From: Diadema antillarum
Lineage: Eukaryota
Assembly (NCBI RefSeq): GCF_040938485.1
Contig: NW_027271164.1
Location: 930,001 to 994,000 of the forward strand
Direction of reading: 5' to 3'
Length of the DNA: 64,000 nucleotides
Shown: one piece after another, positions 25,788 to 38,100 of the stretch
How the letters are laid out: each line of letters opens with the position of its first letter
Position numbering within the stretch: the first letter of the stretch is position 1
Translations under genes and position numbers: made by a program
The notes under the pieces: generated by a model
The model's database searches: none
What the model saw: the letters and a program-made list of their open reading frames with translations, nothing else
Told to the model about the DNA's origin: nothing

Positions 25788-27985
25788 ATGGGCAGACGAT
25801 CACTGGCGTTGACCATGGCGCTTTCGCCAGTATGGCGGGCACTCACCGTGGTGCTCCTGTCCACCACGGTTGGAGCACAGTATGGTCCGTGCACCACTCA
25901 TTATCCTCCCACTAAGGATGAAGCGGGTAACGATGTGTACACTGTGGTCGATCTGGCATACGACCTCAACGCCTGTACCATGGTGGACATGATCGACCGA
26001 GCTGGGTTGAGGTCGTTCTACAGCCAAAAGGGTTAGTTCATGTTTTAAACTGAAGTTGTTCTAGCGGTACGAGATCATTGCAGAATGCACTGCAACAAAA
26101 CCCAAGATCTCGAATCCACATAATTATTACGTGTACTGTTCTCACGTCACATACTTTTGAACATTTTCTCCCTTTTGTGCATTTGCTAGGGTAAATTTAT
26201 TACTTTATGTAATTCAAGGGTGTAATTTGAAGGTAATCACTGTCGACGAAATTATACAAGATTGCTTAAAGGTCATCAAAAATATTACCTTTACATACAC
26301 TTGCTCACGTTGTAAAATTATTAATCTTAGTGACCCAATCTTTCAGATCAAAACAGCTTACTGAGTGAGATATTTCCAGACGCGCTGCATTCCTAAACGT
26401 ATAATACTGGAGATGCTTTAACATCGTTGTTCAGCTTACTTAATAGTCGGAAAACTAGCGTGACCCTCTTCAAAACCGCTTTAACTTTTCAGTCAAATCC
26501 AATTGAAATACAAATATTCTTAATGCAAATAATGGGACATCAACTTGCAGATCATAAATTGACTCTTCTGTACCCTCGGTCGATATTGCAGTGTTGGTTA
26601 AGGGCACGGTCGACTTTTTCCTTTTATTGCACACAGATCATACCCTCGTTTTGTGTGTCTTTTTTTCCAGGCCCTCTCACGTTATTTGCACCATACGACC
26701 TTGCATTTGAATTTCTACCCGATGACATCTACAACAAACTGATGTCGAATAAAACGTACCTACAGGAGCTGCTTCTTTTCCACACCTTTCCCGGCGTCAT
26801 CGGCGATGTCAACGATATCTACCAAGACGAGCTCCTCCCGTCGATAATTCCTGGCAAGAACATTCGACTCAACATCTACCAGATAAAGAGTGGGTCAAAC
26901 AACAAGCAACAGGTGACAGGGGTAAGTATAGAGAAACCAGGGAGGGGAGGTTTTCCACCTCCCTAGAAAACATCAGCATCAGGGCAGGACTCGTGTATTT
27001 AATTCTCTCATTACTATTGATAACTTATTGTGTAGAAAGTAAACGCGATTTTGAGAATGTGCATGGTTCTTAGAAGGGTAACCAGTAATAAATAGATTTC
27101 TCCTTGGATTTTTCTTTACAAATACTTGTTCTTTAATCAAAATAAAGTTAAATTGTTTCTAGTTTGTTTTTGTTTATTGACACACACACAAAAAACGTAA
27201 TTCATTTGATGATTTAAGAGTTGTGAAAGCAACGGTATGGATTTTGCGTATACTGACGTAAACATATTTTTATTCCCCAAATATGAATCATATTCCTGTG
27301 TCTATTTCCTTGCCTCCACGTATCCTAGTTTGAGCGAATCACGGCTTGTGGAGGTCCCATCATTGATGGCGGTAATTGCAGCAACGGGGAAGTTCGAGTC
27401 ATCAGCAATGTCATGCACCCGATCCCTCCGGGCAGCATCGTAGACGTCATCGATCACGATCCCGAGTTCACTAAGCTCAAGAAACTCGTCTACGCCTCAA
27501 AGTTAGACGAGTACCTCAAAGGTTATCTCCGTTTGATGCCCCTTATGAGTTCACCGCTTGTCATCACCATGTAGCCTACATCCAGGAGGGACGGATCCAG
27601 GAATTCTGTAAGGAGGGGGAGCCTTTACAAAATTAAAGGGGGTGCAAGCCCCCCCCCCCATTTTTTCTTTTGTTTTAACAAAAAAAATAAATAAATAGAT
27701 AAATGGGGGGGGGGGCAATGCGCCCCTTTCTGGATCCGCCTCTCACCTGGAGTCTTCTCCCCGTGTTTGTGCTTTTTTTTTCAAAGAAATTAGATAAGCA
27801 AAGTGGAAACGCAAGATTTATCCTACATATCACACACTAAGATATTCCAAAACACATTATGTACAAATATAGGCCTATACACACCTACTTAATCCATTTC
27901 AGTCATTTTTTTTTTTTATTTCCACACGGGCACTTGCTTCAGCAACAAGCTGTTCTTCCGCAAGTCCGTGCAAATTTAAGAATAA

Positions 27986-28025
<40 letters not shown>

Positions 28026-29631
28026 TGTGTGTATTATGTAACTGCTCCTTGCTTGGTAATTTTTTGTCTTAAAAAAAGAAATCATCAATCTTACATTCTC
28101 ATCTACTCATAGGAACACCACCTCAGGCATCTTAAAGAGAAGATAGGGGAAGTGTATCGTTCAATCTATAATTAGTGGTGACCATGATATACGTCATACA
28201 ACCTCCTTTTATAGGTGGACCATTCACCTTCTTCCCGCCAACAAACGCTGCCTTTGACAAGGTTCCTCCCGAAGTCTTGAAAGAGTTCGAAGACAACACT
28301 ACCTTGACGCGAGAACTGCTGACCTATCACCTGTTGGATTGGACTCTCTATGCATCGGGTAGCTATGAAGGGGAAACTCTGGTCACTGTACAAGGAGGAA
28401 AGATTAATCTCACCGTGTGGTATGGTATGTATGTGATTAGTCAATCTGGTTACTCTTATCATGCTTATAACTGAAGAAATGGGTCTATCTACCAAGATAA
28501 GCTTTTCTTTGTTAAAGGGGCATTCCAGACGATATTCATAATTTCACAACATGGAGTATATAAATCGACAGCTCCATGTATAGATTTGTGGAATATATTG
28601 TGGTTCTTAAGCAGAGAAACAATACTCTGAAAATCTTAAACTAATCACACTGAACAGTGTTGATGACATAGAGCCTCACATATTTCAGAAGTGTAGCTGT
28701 TAAATTCCATTTCAATAGCACTTGCTTAACAAGTTCACCAGTGTACAATCTATGCATGCCATCTTTTGTTTTGCTTCCTTGAGCCCCAACTCATGCATTC
28801 TTATGGTGAGGCTGCCATGTCGTAATCTTTGTTAATTGTAATTTGTTGCAAATTTTTGAAAACATTCTTATTTCTGAACCCAATCACTATTCTGAAACTC
28901 TGTACTCGGTACATGTATAACTAATTTATAGTTGTTCATATGTAAAAGTATGAAAATCTTCCGTAGGTCTCCTTTAACGCTGATCAAGTTTGGACTATAG
29001 CTGAATGAAAAACAGCTGTCAACATTTGTATGAAAATGTATATATAGATATGATGTATATTGTACAAAAAAAAAAAGATACCAAGAGAAGAGATCCCATT
29101 TTCACTTACCTGCAGCAATGATTTTCCACCAACAGATATTTTTGCTTGCTTATTTCTCTTTCCGCAGGTGTACGCTGAAGCCTTGTTTCAGATTTTTATT
29201 TACTTACATGTATTTATTTAGCTACGTAATGTGTAAGTGTGTCTTTTTGAGTAATCATCCAAATGTCCGGAACTCCAACACATCTTTGTATATTTGCATA
29301 CATCAGGGAGGTGAGACACCTCCCTGCATACATGTATTGGGTAGTCCTACATATCATAGACATTCATATCGTTGTCAATGTCACTGCAGTGATCTAATTG
29401 CTGATGTATAAAAATGACTTACAGGGCGTAATGACAAGAAAATAAGAATATATTATTATCATGAATCAAATAATTATGAATGGAATATATGTGATTTTTC
29501 TTTCAGATGCATTGTGGGTGAACGGACATGAGAACGCAAGAGTCATCTACCAGGATTACAATGTCTACAACGGCGTGATGCATATCATTGACAACGTGCT
29601 CATTCCACCCTTAGTAATAAAGAAAAAATGA
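25788..29631 (+). CDS. Secreted protein with two fasciclin (FAS1) domains, ~340 aa; exons 25788-26031, 26671-26921, 27329-27521, 28215-28424, 29507-29631
   Basis: GT-AG exons join in frame (1023 nt). Signal-peptide-like N-terminus. FAS1 H1 motifs TLFAPYDLAF and TFFPPTNAAF, FH/YH motifs, and H2 motifs NGEVRVISNVM and NGVMHIIDNVL. The intron 3 donor (GTTATC) is weak. Confidence 0.88.
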
Positions 29632-29925
29632 ATGCAGTGCAAACCAAGTGTTCGTGTTAAAGATTTCTAATTTTGTCGATTCGACCCTAAAATCAATGAA
29701 CAAGAAATCGCCGTCATCGTTGGACCGTTTTAACCCCATCGGACAATTATTATGGCGAAGGACGTTGTGCCTTCTCCTAAATATAATGACATTTTATGTA
29801 TAAATGCAGTTTTATGATCATGGAAAATAGTGAATAAACCATGATGTTGTTATTGTGTGTCTGCATGCCAAAGTCAGATTTTGGGCGTATGACGTGTTCT
29901 ATCGTCCTTCCCAAATTTTCCGATG

Positions 29926-31258
29926 GTTTTACCCTATTTCGAGGGGGTTGAATCTGAATCTGGACGATGTAACTCTTGCATCCTTGAGGATTTTGAGATA
30001 TTCAAGATGGCCGCCAAAATGTGACATTCTTACATATTTGCTAATATAAAATAGTGAATATTGGGGGAAAAAATGTTTTCATCCTATTCCGGGGTGCTGA
30101 ATCCAAATCTGGACGATGCAACGTTTGCACCCTTGAAGGTTTTGAGATTTCAAGACGACTGCCAAAATGGCCACAAAAATCTGAAATCCTATGCTTGCAT
30201 TTGCTTTTAATGATGACAAATTGGAAAATCACGGTTTTACTAGTAATCTGTTTCTAGAGTGCTGAATCCGAATCTGGTTGATTAAACTCTGTCATCCTTA
30301 AGGATTTTGAGATATTCAAAATGAACATGGCCGCCCAAGTCTGAATTACATTTTTATTTTCTAATACGTGGTGAAAATGTGCTCTAACGTGATTCGGGAG
30401 ATTGAACCAAGGGTGAAAGTATTTTTTTTAAATCTTAAATCAGCCAAAATTGCGTCCAAAATGGCCACCACAATGGTAATCTATAAGATAAGATATATAC
30501 ATGTATTATGTATAACAAATGTATGTCTCGTATAGGACGTGCCTGCCCTGCCTTAAATGCGGTGCGAATAGATACGAGCAGAAATCCTCGACACTAAGGC
30601 ATGGTATTCTTACACGTAATCCGTGCAGAAAACCCGGCTTGCATTATCCATTGTCCACTCCAGGCTATTGAACCTCACTCCTCGGCCATACACTGGAAGA
30701 ATACTTGGTGTCAAAGATCCTTTTCAGCGACGGGCAAGATCTATCAATAGGTGTATTGAAACTGCCATCACCATTCACAACCTGTTGTATACAGAATCCC
30801 TGGAAGCTCTTGGATTGTGGTTTCGAGAGGGTTAATGTGACAAAATTCCTTTTCAGTGACGGATAAGGTCTACCAACAGGTGTATTGAAAATGCACTCAC
30901 TATATTCACAACCTGTTCACACAATCACGGCAACTCTGGGATTGTGGTTTTGAGGGGGTCAATTCTGTATTTTGTAGCTGCATTGCAGTCACTTGATCAG
31001 GACAGTACGGGTTTGGTCCTCACGCGCAAGTCTTTTCTACATGTCATCCAACATAATACTGGCATAAATGGTTGTGCTGATTGGATGCTATCCTCTCTAG
31101 ATTTTAGAGAAAGCGGCTGGCACGAATTGAAAACAGTGCGCCGGCCCTGTATAGGTGGCCAGTTCTTCAGTCATTTTGAATACCTCAAAACCCTCAAGGA
31201 TGCAAGAGTTGCATCATCCAGATCGGGATTCAGAACCCTCGAATTAGGGTATTAAAAC
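29926..31258. mobile_element. Foldback-type non-autonomous DNA element with ~80-bp inverted arms and internal degenerate tandem units
   Basis: The left arm (TTTTACCCTATTTCGAGGG...CTCTTGCATCCTTGAGG..TTTTGAG) is matched in inverse at ~31176-31258. Further direct units lie near 30085 and 30250. Confidence 0.6.
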
Positions 31259-31865
31259 TAAAAAAAAAAAAAAAAAAAAAAAATAGGCGGACTGTAAAAC
31301 AAGTTTCAACCTTTGGCTCCCATATTACATGTACAGAAACATATTCAAGGATTGCATTACGATACTTACAAGCACCACGACGCCATGGTCGAGCTTCTTT
31401 AGCATTTGCGTTTTCAAAATTACACTGAAAGAGGGAATGTCCGACATGGCTTTTTTTTGTGTCATTTTAGTTTTCAAATCTGATATAAGATTCACCATGT
31501 GTGATAAATAGTGTGTATGTGTGCGCGCGCGCGCGTGTGAGTGTGTGTGCGTGTATGTATGTGTGTATGCTTGTCCATGCGTGTGTGTGGTTTATATATA
31601 ATTATGTGGGTATTGACGACTGATAACTAGTAAACTCGCACGTCCAGTGGTGGAGTGGTCCCTATTAGAGAAATGGCTACTCATTGTGCCTTTCACTCGT
31701 TCTCAATTCACTTTGTCCATCGTATAAGAGAGAGAGAGAGAGAGAGAGAGAAAAAAAAGTGGGACACGTGATCACTTGTTGAGGAGAGCATGACCGTTGG
31801 ACGGACTCAACCAGGGAGTGGTTGGATTTAATTAACTAGAAATATCTTCCTCCTTTGTCCATGAT

Positions 31866-32208
31866 CGGAGACTCCAACTCTCCCGCTTTCGACGGGAGAT
31901 CTCCCGCCGAAAGCCCATTTTTGCAAAATCTCCCGTTCTCCCGCTTGAGAGGTAATTTCTCCCGCCCTGGCTCTGTGTCTCCCGCTTGAAATGATTTCTT
32001 ACTTTTTGTCTTCGTATGTTGAAAAATAAGCCTTTGATAGCAAGAGAGAGCATCAAGAATCCTAATTATTAGAGCTGCCAAGGCCCAAGCGGGCCCTGGA
32101 CCCCGGCCTCAAGGAACTTCGAGCACATCAAGTTGGAGTCTCCCGTTTTCAGGGGGTTTCAGGCGGGAGAATCTCCAGATCAGAAGGTGCTTGGGGTTGG
32201 AGTCTCTG
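31866..32208. mobile_element. hAT-like MITE with 6-bp TSD CATGAT
   Basis: TIR CGGAGACTCCAAC / GTTGGAGTCTCTG; CATGAT at 31860-31865 and 32209-32214. Confidence 0.7.
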
Positions 32209-33526
32209 CATGATTGCGTGGCAAAATCGAAGGTTTTGTGTTAAATGTTCCTTGGGAAGAAATTAAAATTGTATTAGATGCGGAAACCAATTGTATGAAT
32301 AATTAACTCGTTTTCGGTGGCGTGACATTCACATGCTATCTCAAGGTCTTTTACTCTCGTAGGACTCGTACCTACCAGTGCATTTGTACGCCGCATCTAA
32401 TTGGTAGAAAAAAAAAACGCGAAGAATCTCTTAAAACTCGCATGATTACTTTGCCGCTGTGGTTGGGGATATTTCATTTCTACTGTATTCTCTCATCACA
32501 GGCATTAAATTAGTCTTCGGACGATGCAAGTAGGTTGACATCTCCAACCAAAGTAGACCACGGTAGAAGAACATAAAAACGTGAGCATTTCATCACGAGG
32601 GGTCTCCCTTGTTATACTAGTTGACGAGAACTAGAATCTGACTTTTCTGAATACATTCTTGAAGTGTCTTTTAATTTGATTGACATTTTCGAGGAGGTTA
32701 CCATTTCATATTTTCTTTATCAACTGTTATATTGCATGTAATGCTATTCATTGTGGTGTTATCTGAGGCTCTGTCATATTGACAATTCTGGCCATAATTG
32801 ACAGAATTTATATTTCAAGAACTAAATCATGTCCCTTCTCATGTGTATTATCCCTGTACCCTGTTATGTCGTGAGTTTCATGTCTCACTGAAATAGTTTC
32901 TTCCTAGAGAATGAAAAATCTAGTACACAATACCTTTCCAGTTCAAGAATTGAATAATCAAACAGTGAGTTACATGAATTCAAAGATTTCTTCATTGCTC
33001 ATTTGTACCAGTGTAGTCATCAATTCTCACTGGTACTATTCTTATCCATATTGAATGTCCCCATTACAAGTACACAATGCAGTTGCAAGGATGAAGAACA
33101 AGTTCAGCAACTCAATGGTGAAAGTTAGAAAGAATTAAGAAGACCCTGTCAAGATTGATGATTACTCAAAGGTCTTATCAAATCATTGTATGTTGCCCTG
33201 TAAGGTAAAGTGATGAATGTGTGATGTCACATGACAACTTCAAAACTTCACGTAGTTTGTCTTTTCAGAACGTACCTTCATCCTACAAACTCGTATATGC
33301 TCAGAGAGAATTTTGCAAGCATATGACTTTGGGATAGATACCACAGTAGTACAAATGTTAATTGTTTAAAGTAGATATGACCAGGGTATTATGACAGTAG
33401 TATGGAAGTGTATACCAAGTACAGTACATGTATTTGGAATAGACCCCCCTTCACAAAACACCATCCCACATATGCCCGAGACAAGAAGAGATTTGTGTGT
33501 GTGAAAGTCTGTGTGTGTGTGTGTGT

Positions 33527-33558
<32 letters not shown>

Positions 33559-35029
33559 ATTCATACACATGCCTTCATGTCACATGCGATACTAAGTCTG
33601 CAGAGTTCCTCTCTACCCACTTTGTACACTCCTGCTCTCAACACATTTCTCTCTCACAGCTCCTCCTTCCTCTCCTTCTCTCCCTCATACAATGTACTGT
33701 AAAGTGGATATTTTTGAGTGAGTAATTTTTCATGCTCGGCTGGGTAAGATGAATTTCGAGCGTTTTTAATTCCGAGGAATCGGGACATTAATTACCGCAA
33801 CATGTAGCATGCAAACATATTTGTGTGCTTTTATTTTCAAGCTCCTGGTTGTGCGGAATTTGCAAAAATTTTCACTTTCACAGTACTCCTTGAAGCATGA
33901 GAATCTTCATGTGATATTTACTTCTCGTGTCATGTCATAAGATGTCTTTACTTTTACTTGATAGCATACATCATAACAAGTTTATTCTTAAATAGAAGCT
34001 CCAACAAAGCCCAATCTTACGAGACCTCTTTCACTACCAGCCTTTGTTTTGGGTGTACATGTATCACGACTTTACTGAGAGACATGTACAATAGTAATTT
34101 ATCTCTTTTTGTCATTTTGTTTACTATTCTTTAACCCTAGATTGTAGAATTTCCCCCTTCTGTCAGTTCACCAATTTTGATAATGTTAATGTGTTGAAAA
34201 TAAAGCAAAGGTCAAAGATACATGTATGTTCCATTGTGCAGACTATGCGAAGTCACTGCTTCACAGAACCAACACTCTCAAAAGATGTGCCCCTATAAAA
34301 CTTGTAGTATGATCTACACCTGGACCCAATGGCAATGCAATACAAGCCTCATGTTTGCAGTAAGTTACAATATGTAGTAGCAAATTCAAACAGCACAATT
34401 CGTCACATGGCATTCCATGTAGAAACACACTAAAAGCAATGCCTTAGGCAAAAAGCCCAATGTTAAAGTCCATTGAAGCAAGATCTTTCAAAATCCTTAC
34501 GGGAAATTCCATCCCGATGTTGTTTGTATGAGAACAGAAAAATTACAGAAGTAGATCTGTGAATATTTGGGGGAAAAAAATTATGAACTGCAAATTTTTG
34601 GACAGTATGACAAACTTTCTAAAGACATTTTCTTGGTATATAATAAGAGTCATATCTTTTTGCATGTCTTCCTCAGCGGATAAGTGCCATCTTGTGCCCA
34701 AAGTGAGAAAAATGAACATAAGTGAAAATTGTTGTGTGTAACAAAAGGAGAGCTGCTAAATACCTACATCACACAGTTGCCAATTGGTCTTACTCTCTTA
34801 ACTTTTAAAATTCATAACTTCATAGAAGTGTCTAATTTGTTTCCAACAAATTTCACTGATTCACTTCTCTTGATTTTTCTGTTTTCATACAAAGCAACAC
34901 AATATCAAGATGGAATTTCCTTTGAATGATTCTTGCTTCGAACAAACATTACACTCCTTCCACACATTTACACCACGTCAGGAAAATACCACGCAATGCC
35001 CAATTGTTTGCCTTTGTAAGCCTTGCAAA

Positions 35030-35035
35030 TTTATT
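35030..35035 (-). terminator. Probable RPL4 polyadenylation signal AATAAA
   Basis: Minus-strand AATAAA about 135 nt after the RPL4 stop codon. Confidence 0.55.
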
Positions 35036-35170
35036 GGATGTTCTCTCAGAAAATGTTCACCTCATGTGATAGCAGTGAGGTTTGATCTGGCATCAAGGCC
35101 ATATCTGACACAGCGCACAGTGGGGATTACACAGGGTCATGGTTTGGTGTGCCACAGCTGGGTTGGTAAG

Positions 35171-38100
35171 TTACTTCTTTCCCTTGCCCTTTGCAGTCTT
35201 GTCCTTCCCTTTTCCCTTGGCTGCCTTCTTGGGGGCCTGCAGCACCAACAAGGAATGAAGAGAAATATCATGAGAAATAGCATAGAGACAATGTGACCAT
35301 AACATCAATGTTGTTGCAAAGTAAACAGTAAACCAAGTGTGCACTCAATGGCTCTCCTGATAGCAAACAGATCTTAAAAAATAAAAACAAACGAAAATGT
35401 GCTGCACGGAGTATTCAGGGCCAATGAAGACAGAGCACACAATTATATCCCTTGGAATGGCATAAAAGAGCTTGAGAATGAAATCAAAGAGATTGAGGAT
35501 AACGATATAAGTCAGGCACCACAAGAGTGTAGTCATCCCATCTAAATCAGTAATGCAAAATATACTTTCAAAAGCCTGAAGTCAACCTTTTACTGAGAAG
35601 CAGCATAATGTCAGACAGGTTAATGTGTTCCATCTGAGCTTTTAGTACCCCTTTCAGTACCTCCTCTGGCTTGAGCCAGGCCCGAGCTAAGTCATAAAAT
35701 TTTGAATTTATGAATGGGTTTGTCCAAAGCCGCCCACGCCAGGAGTGGGCTATTTTGGCGCTGCTGAAGCTAGCATCAGGAGCGGGCCAGGCTCGGGTCT
35801 GGTGCCGATCGAAGAGTTTATGAACGATAACAGTGCCAGGCTCTGGCCAAAATTCCCTGTACGGTCAAAGGTCACAATTACCTGGCCATGCCCTCCGCCG
35901 CAGCACGCATTCAGTTACCATGGTAGTTATCCATTACGCGGCTGAGTTCTTGAATGGATCATCGTTAAAGTAGCGCGGCTCTGCTATAGTTACTGAACAC
36001 AATTTTTACTGCTCCGCGCGGGCCATATTAGCTCGGGCCAGGAGCTAGCCAAAAATGCGCAAGTTACTGAATGGGTATAACTCCCATTAACTCATGCAGA
36101 CCACAGTAATTCAAACTAACAGCATGCCAAGATCAGAACTTCAGTGTTATCATGGTAAGTCAATAACACGGACCTGAAGTGGATACATCGTCATCTCTAG
36201 GCATTCAGATAATTCAGATTCATATGAACTGGAGTAATCAAAGTTGATGGCATGGCCCACTACACATGTCATATCATGGCACGTAATCAATGCCAAAAAA
36301 ATCTGGTGTATCTCTTTCTAGCCATTTAAAGGTATCTGAATGAAACGAGAATATATGAAAAATAACAAAAGGTAAAAAACAAAACAAAACAAAATGCAAA
36401 AGCCTTGCTATATGTTACTAAATGATCACTCTTGTCTTTCGTGTTTATGACTGAACATATCTCAAAGCATTCCTGACGTGGGAAGTTTAACTCTTTATGT
36501 GCCATGGTAGAAACCCCCTGTGTGCCACATTATTCTGAGACACCAAAGTAGTCATGCTTTTAAAAAACATTGTTTTTTTTTTAAAATCTATGTAACTTCT
36601 ACAGATTTCTGTTAAGCTAGACATGCAGTGAGCGAAGTTGTAGAGAAAATACCAAGCTTTGCTTTGATGAAAATTGTATGACAAATCAATGATTGTTTTC
36701 CTTTGAAATGACCAATAGTTACATTACTGTAAAGGCATGACTTTGGCACACAAAACAGTAACAGAAACTTAGAATTTACACGCAAATCTCTAAAGGAAAG
36801 CCGCTTGATAGTCAATCACCACATAAAATGCAAGCTATATGTGAGACGAACAGAAGCTCGAGAAAAGCTTTCATTGTACTGTGGCATTTGGCGTTTAATC
36901 TATTGATTTGGGCGGGTTTGTGGGTTTCAGCAGAATATGCGAAGTTGGCACGTCGTCGACCGAATCGAACGTGGCACATAAAGAGTTAAGCAGGATGTTT
37001 ATTAAGCCAAACCACCACCTACCTCCCTCTTCTGGTCTACGACTTCCTGGCGCTTTGCCTTGGCACGCTCTTCAGCCAGCTTGGCGTTGCGCTTGGAGGT
37101 CTTGGCATAGGGGTTCAGCTTGAACATGACGCGAGCGTTCTTGAGCGGGTTCTTCTTGAGAACCTTGCGTTTGTTGGCTGTCGTGTTGACCGGTCTGAGC
37201 TGGCGACGGATCTCCTGAGACCTCAGCAAGCGACGCAGGTCAGTGTTGGTCATCTTGGGCATGGGGAGGCTAGGGAGAAAAGAGTCGCTTTGTTCTTTAT
37301 CATCAACTAACAGCAGACCTGATCCTTAAATACAAATATGAATAATCAATTTCTTGTGGAAATGCGAAACCAAGTTTTATTTTGAAACATATCAGAACTA
37401 AATACACTCCTTTAAATATCTTTACCTTCTAATGCATATTTCATGACTGCATGACTGAATGTAGCATTTAAACTAGTTCTTACATTTATCAATTCTAATA
37501 AATGCATAAACTTGGATAATGCTCCAAAGCTTTAAACAGAATTATCGTTAGTTTCCGTGACATATATTTTATGAATAACACTCAAACTAGTTCACCGAAG
37601 AGAGGGATGTCTGTAAAGCGTTCACTCGGGCTGGCAGAATAAAATCTTAAATCAGTTTGCAGAAAGTTCAGTATCACCTGGAAATAATCCACTGTGTGTA
37701 AAGTTTTTGAGTGAATCATGCTACGCTTTTTACAGATCCTGCAAGATTTCAATATGTACATCTAGTACTACTGGGTTATCGTATAACAACTGTATTCTAA
37801 TGCCTCATGTACTGAATGTAGTTCAGTAGCAGATACAATAATTGCGCTTTATGCCGACGTTGTGACTGTAAAATACACTGCAATAAAATCATTTATTGTG
37901 TCTGTCCACATTCGACAATGGATGTCTTACTTGTAGTTTGTCTTCTCCGTGGAAGGCTTCTTCCATGTGCCGTAGAGACCGTCCAGCTTGCGGAAGGCAG
38001 ACTCGGTCCAGATGCAGAACCTGCCGACGTGGCCTCCAGGAGCAAGCCTCAGGAGGTTCAGTCTGGACACGTTGAGGAGGGTGACACCTGGGAGCCAAGA

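Noticed and set aside
27329-27521. Frameshift or pseudogenisation of fasciclin exon 3
   Set aside because: Recounting AACGGGGAAGTT gives an open frame (CSNGEVRVISNVMHP); the ORF track simply shows a different frame.
27590-27745. Fifth CAG-type MITE with a measurable TSD
   Set aside because: The GGATCC-containing TIRs are related to the 49187 element, but the termini are mutated and no flanking duplication remains.
32300-34900. SNAPC5, the gene downstream of RPL4 in human, or another coding gene
   Set aside because: No convincing match to the LHDQLNRLKVEELAL motif; the exon-like segments at ~32500 and ~33080 have stops in all frames.
37800-37920. Additional C/D snoRNA in RPL4 intron 6
   Set aside because: Only a poor C box (ATGATTT) and an isolated CTGA, with no recognisable rRNA complementarity.
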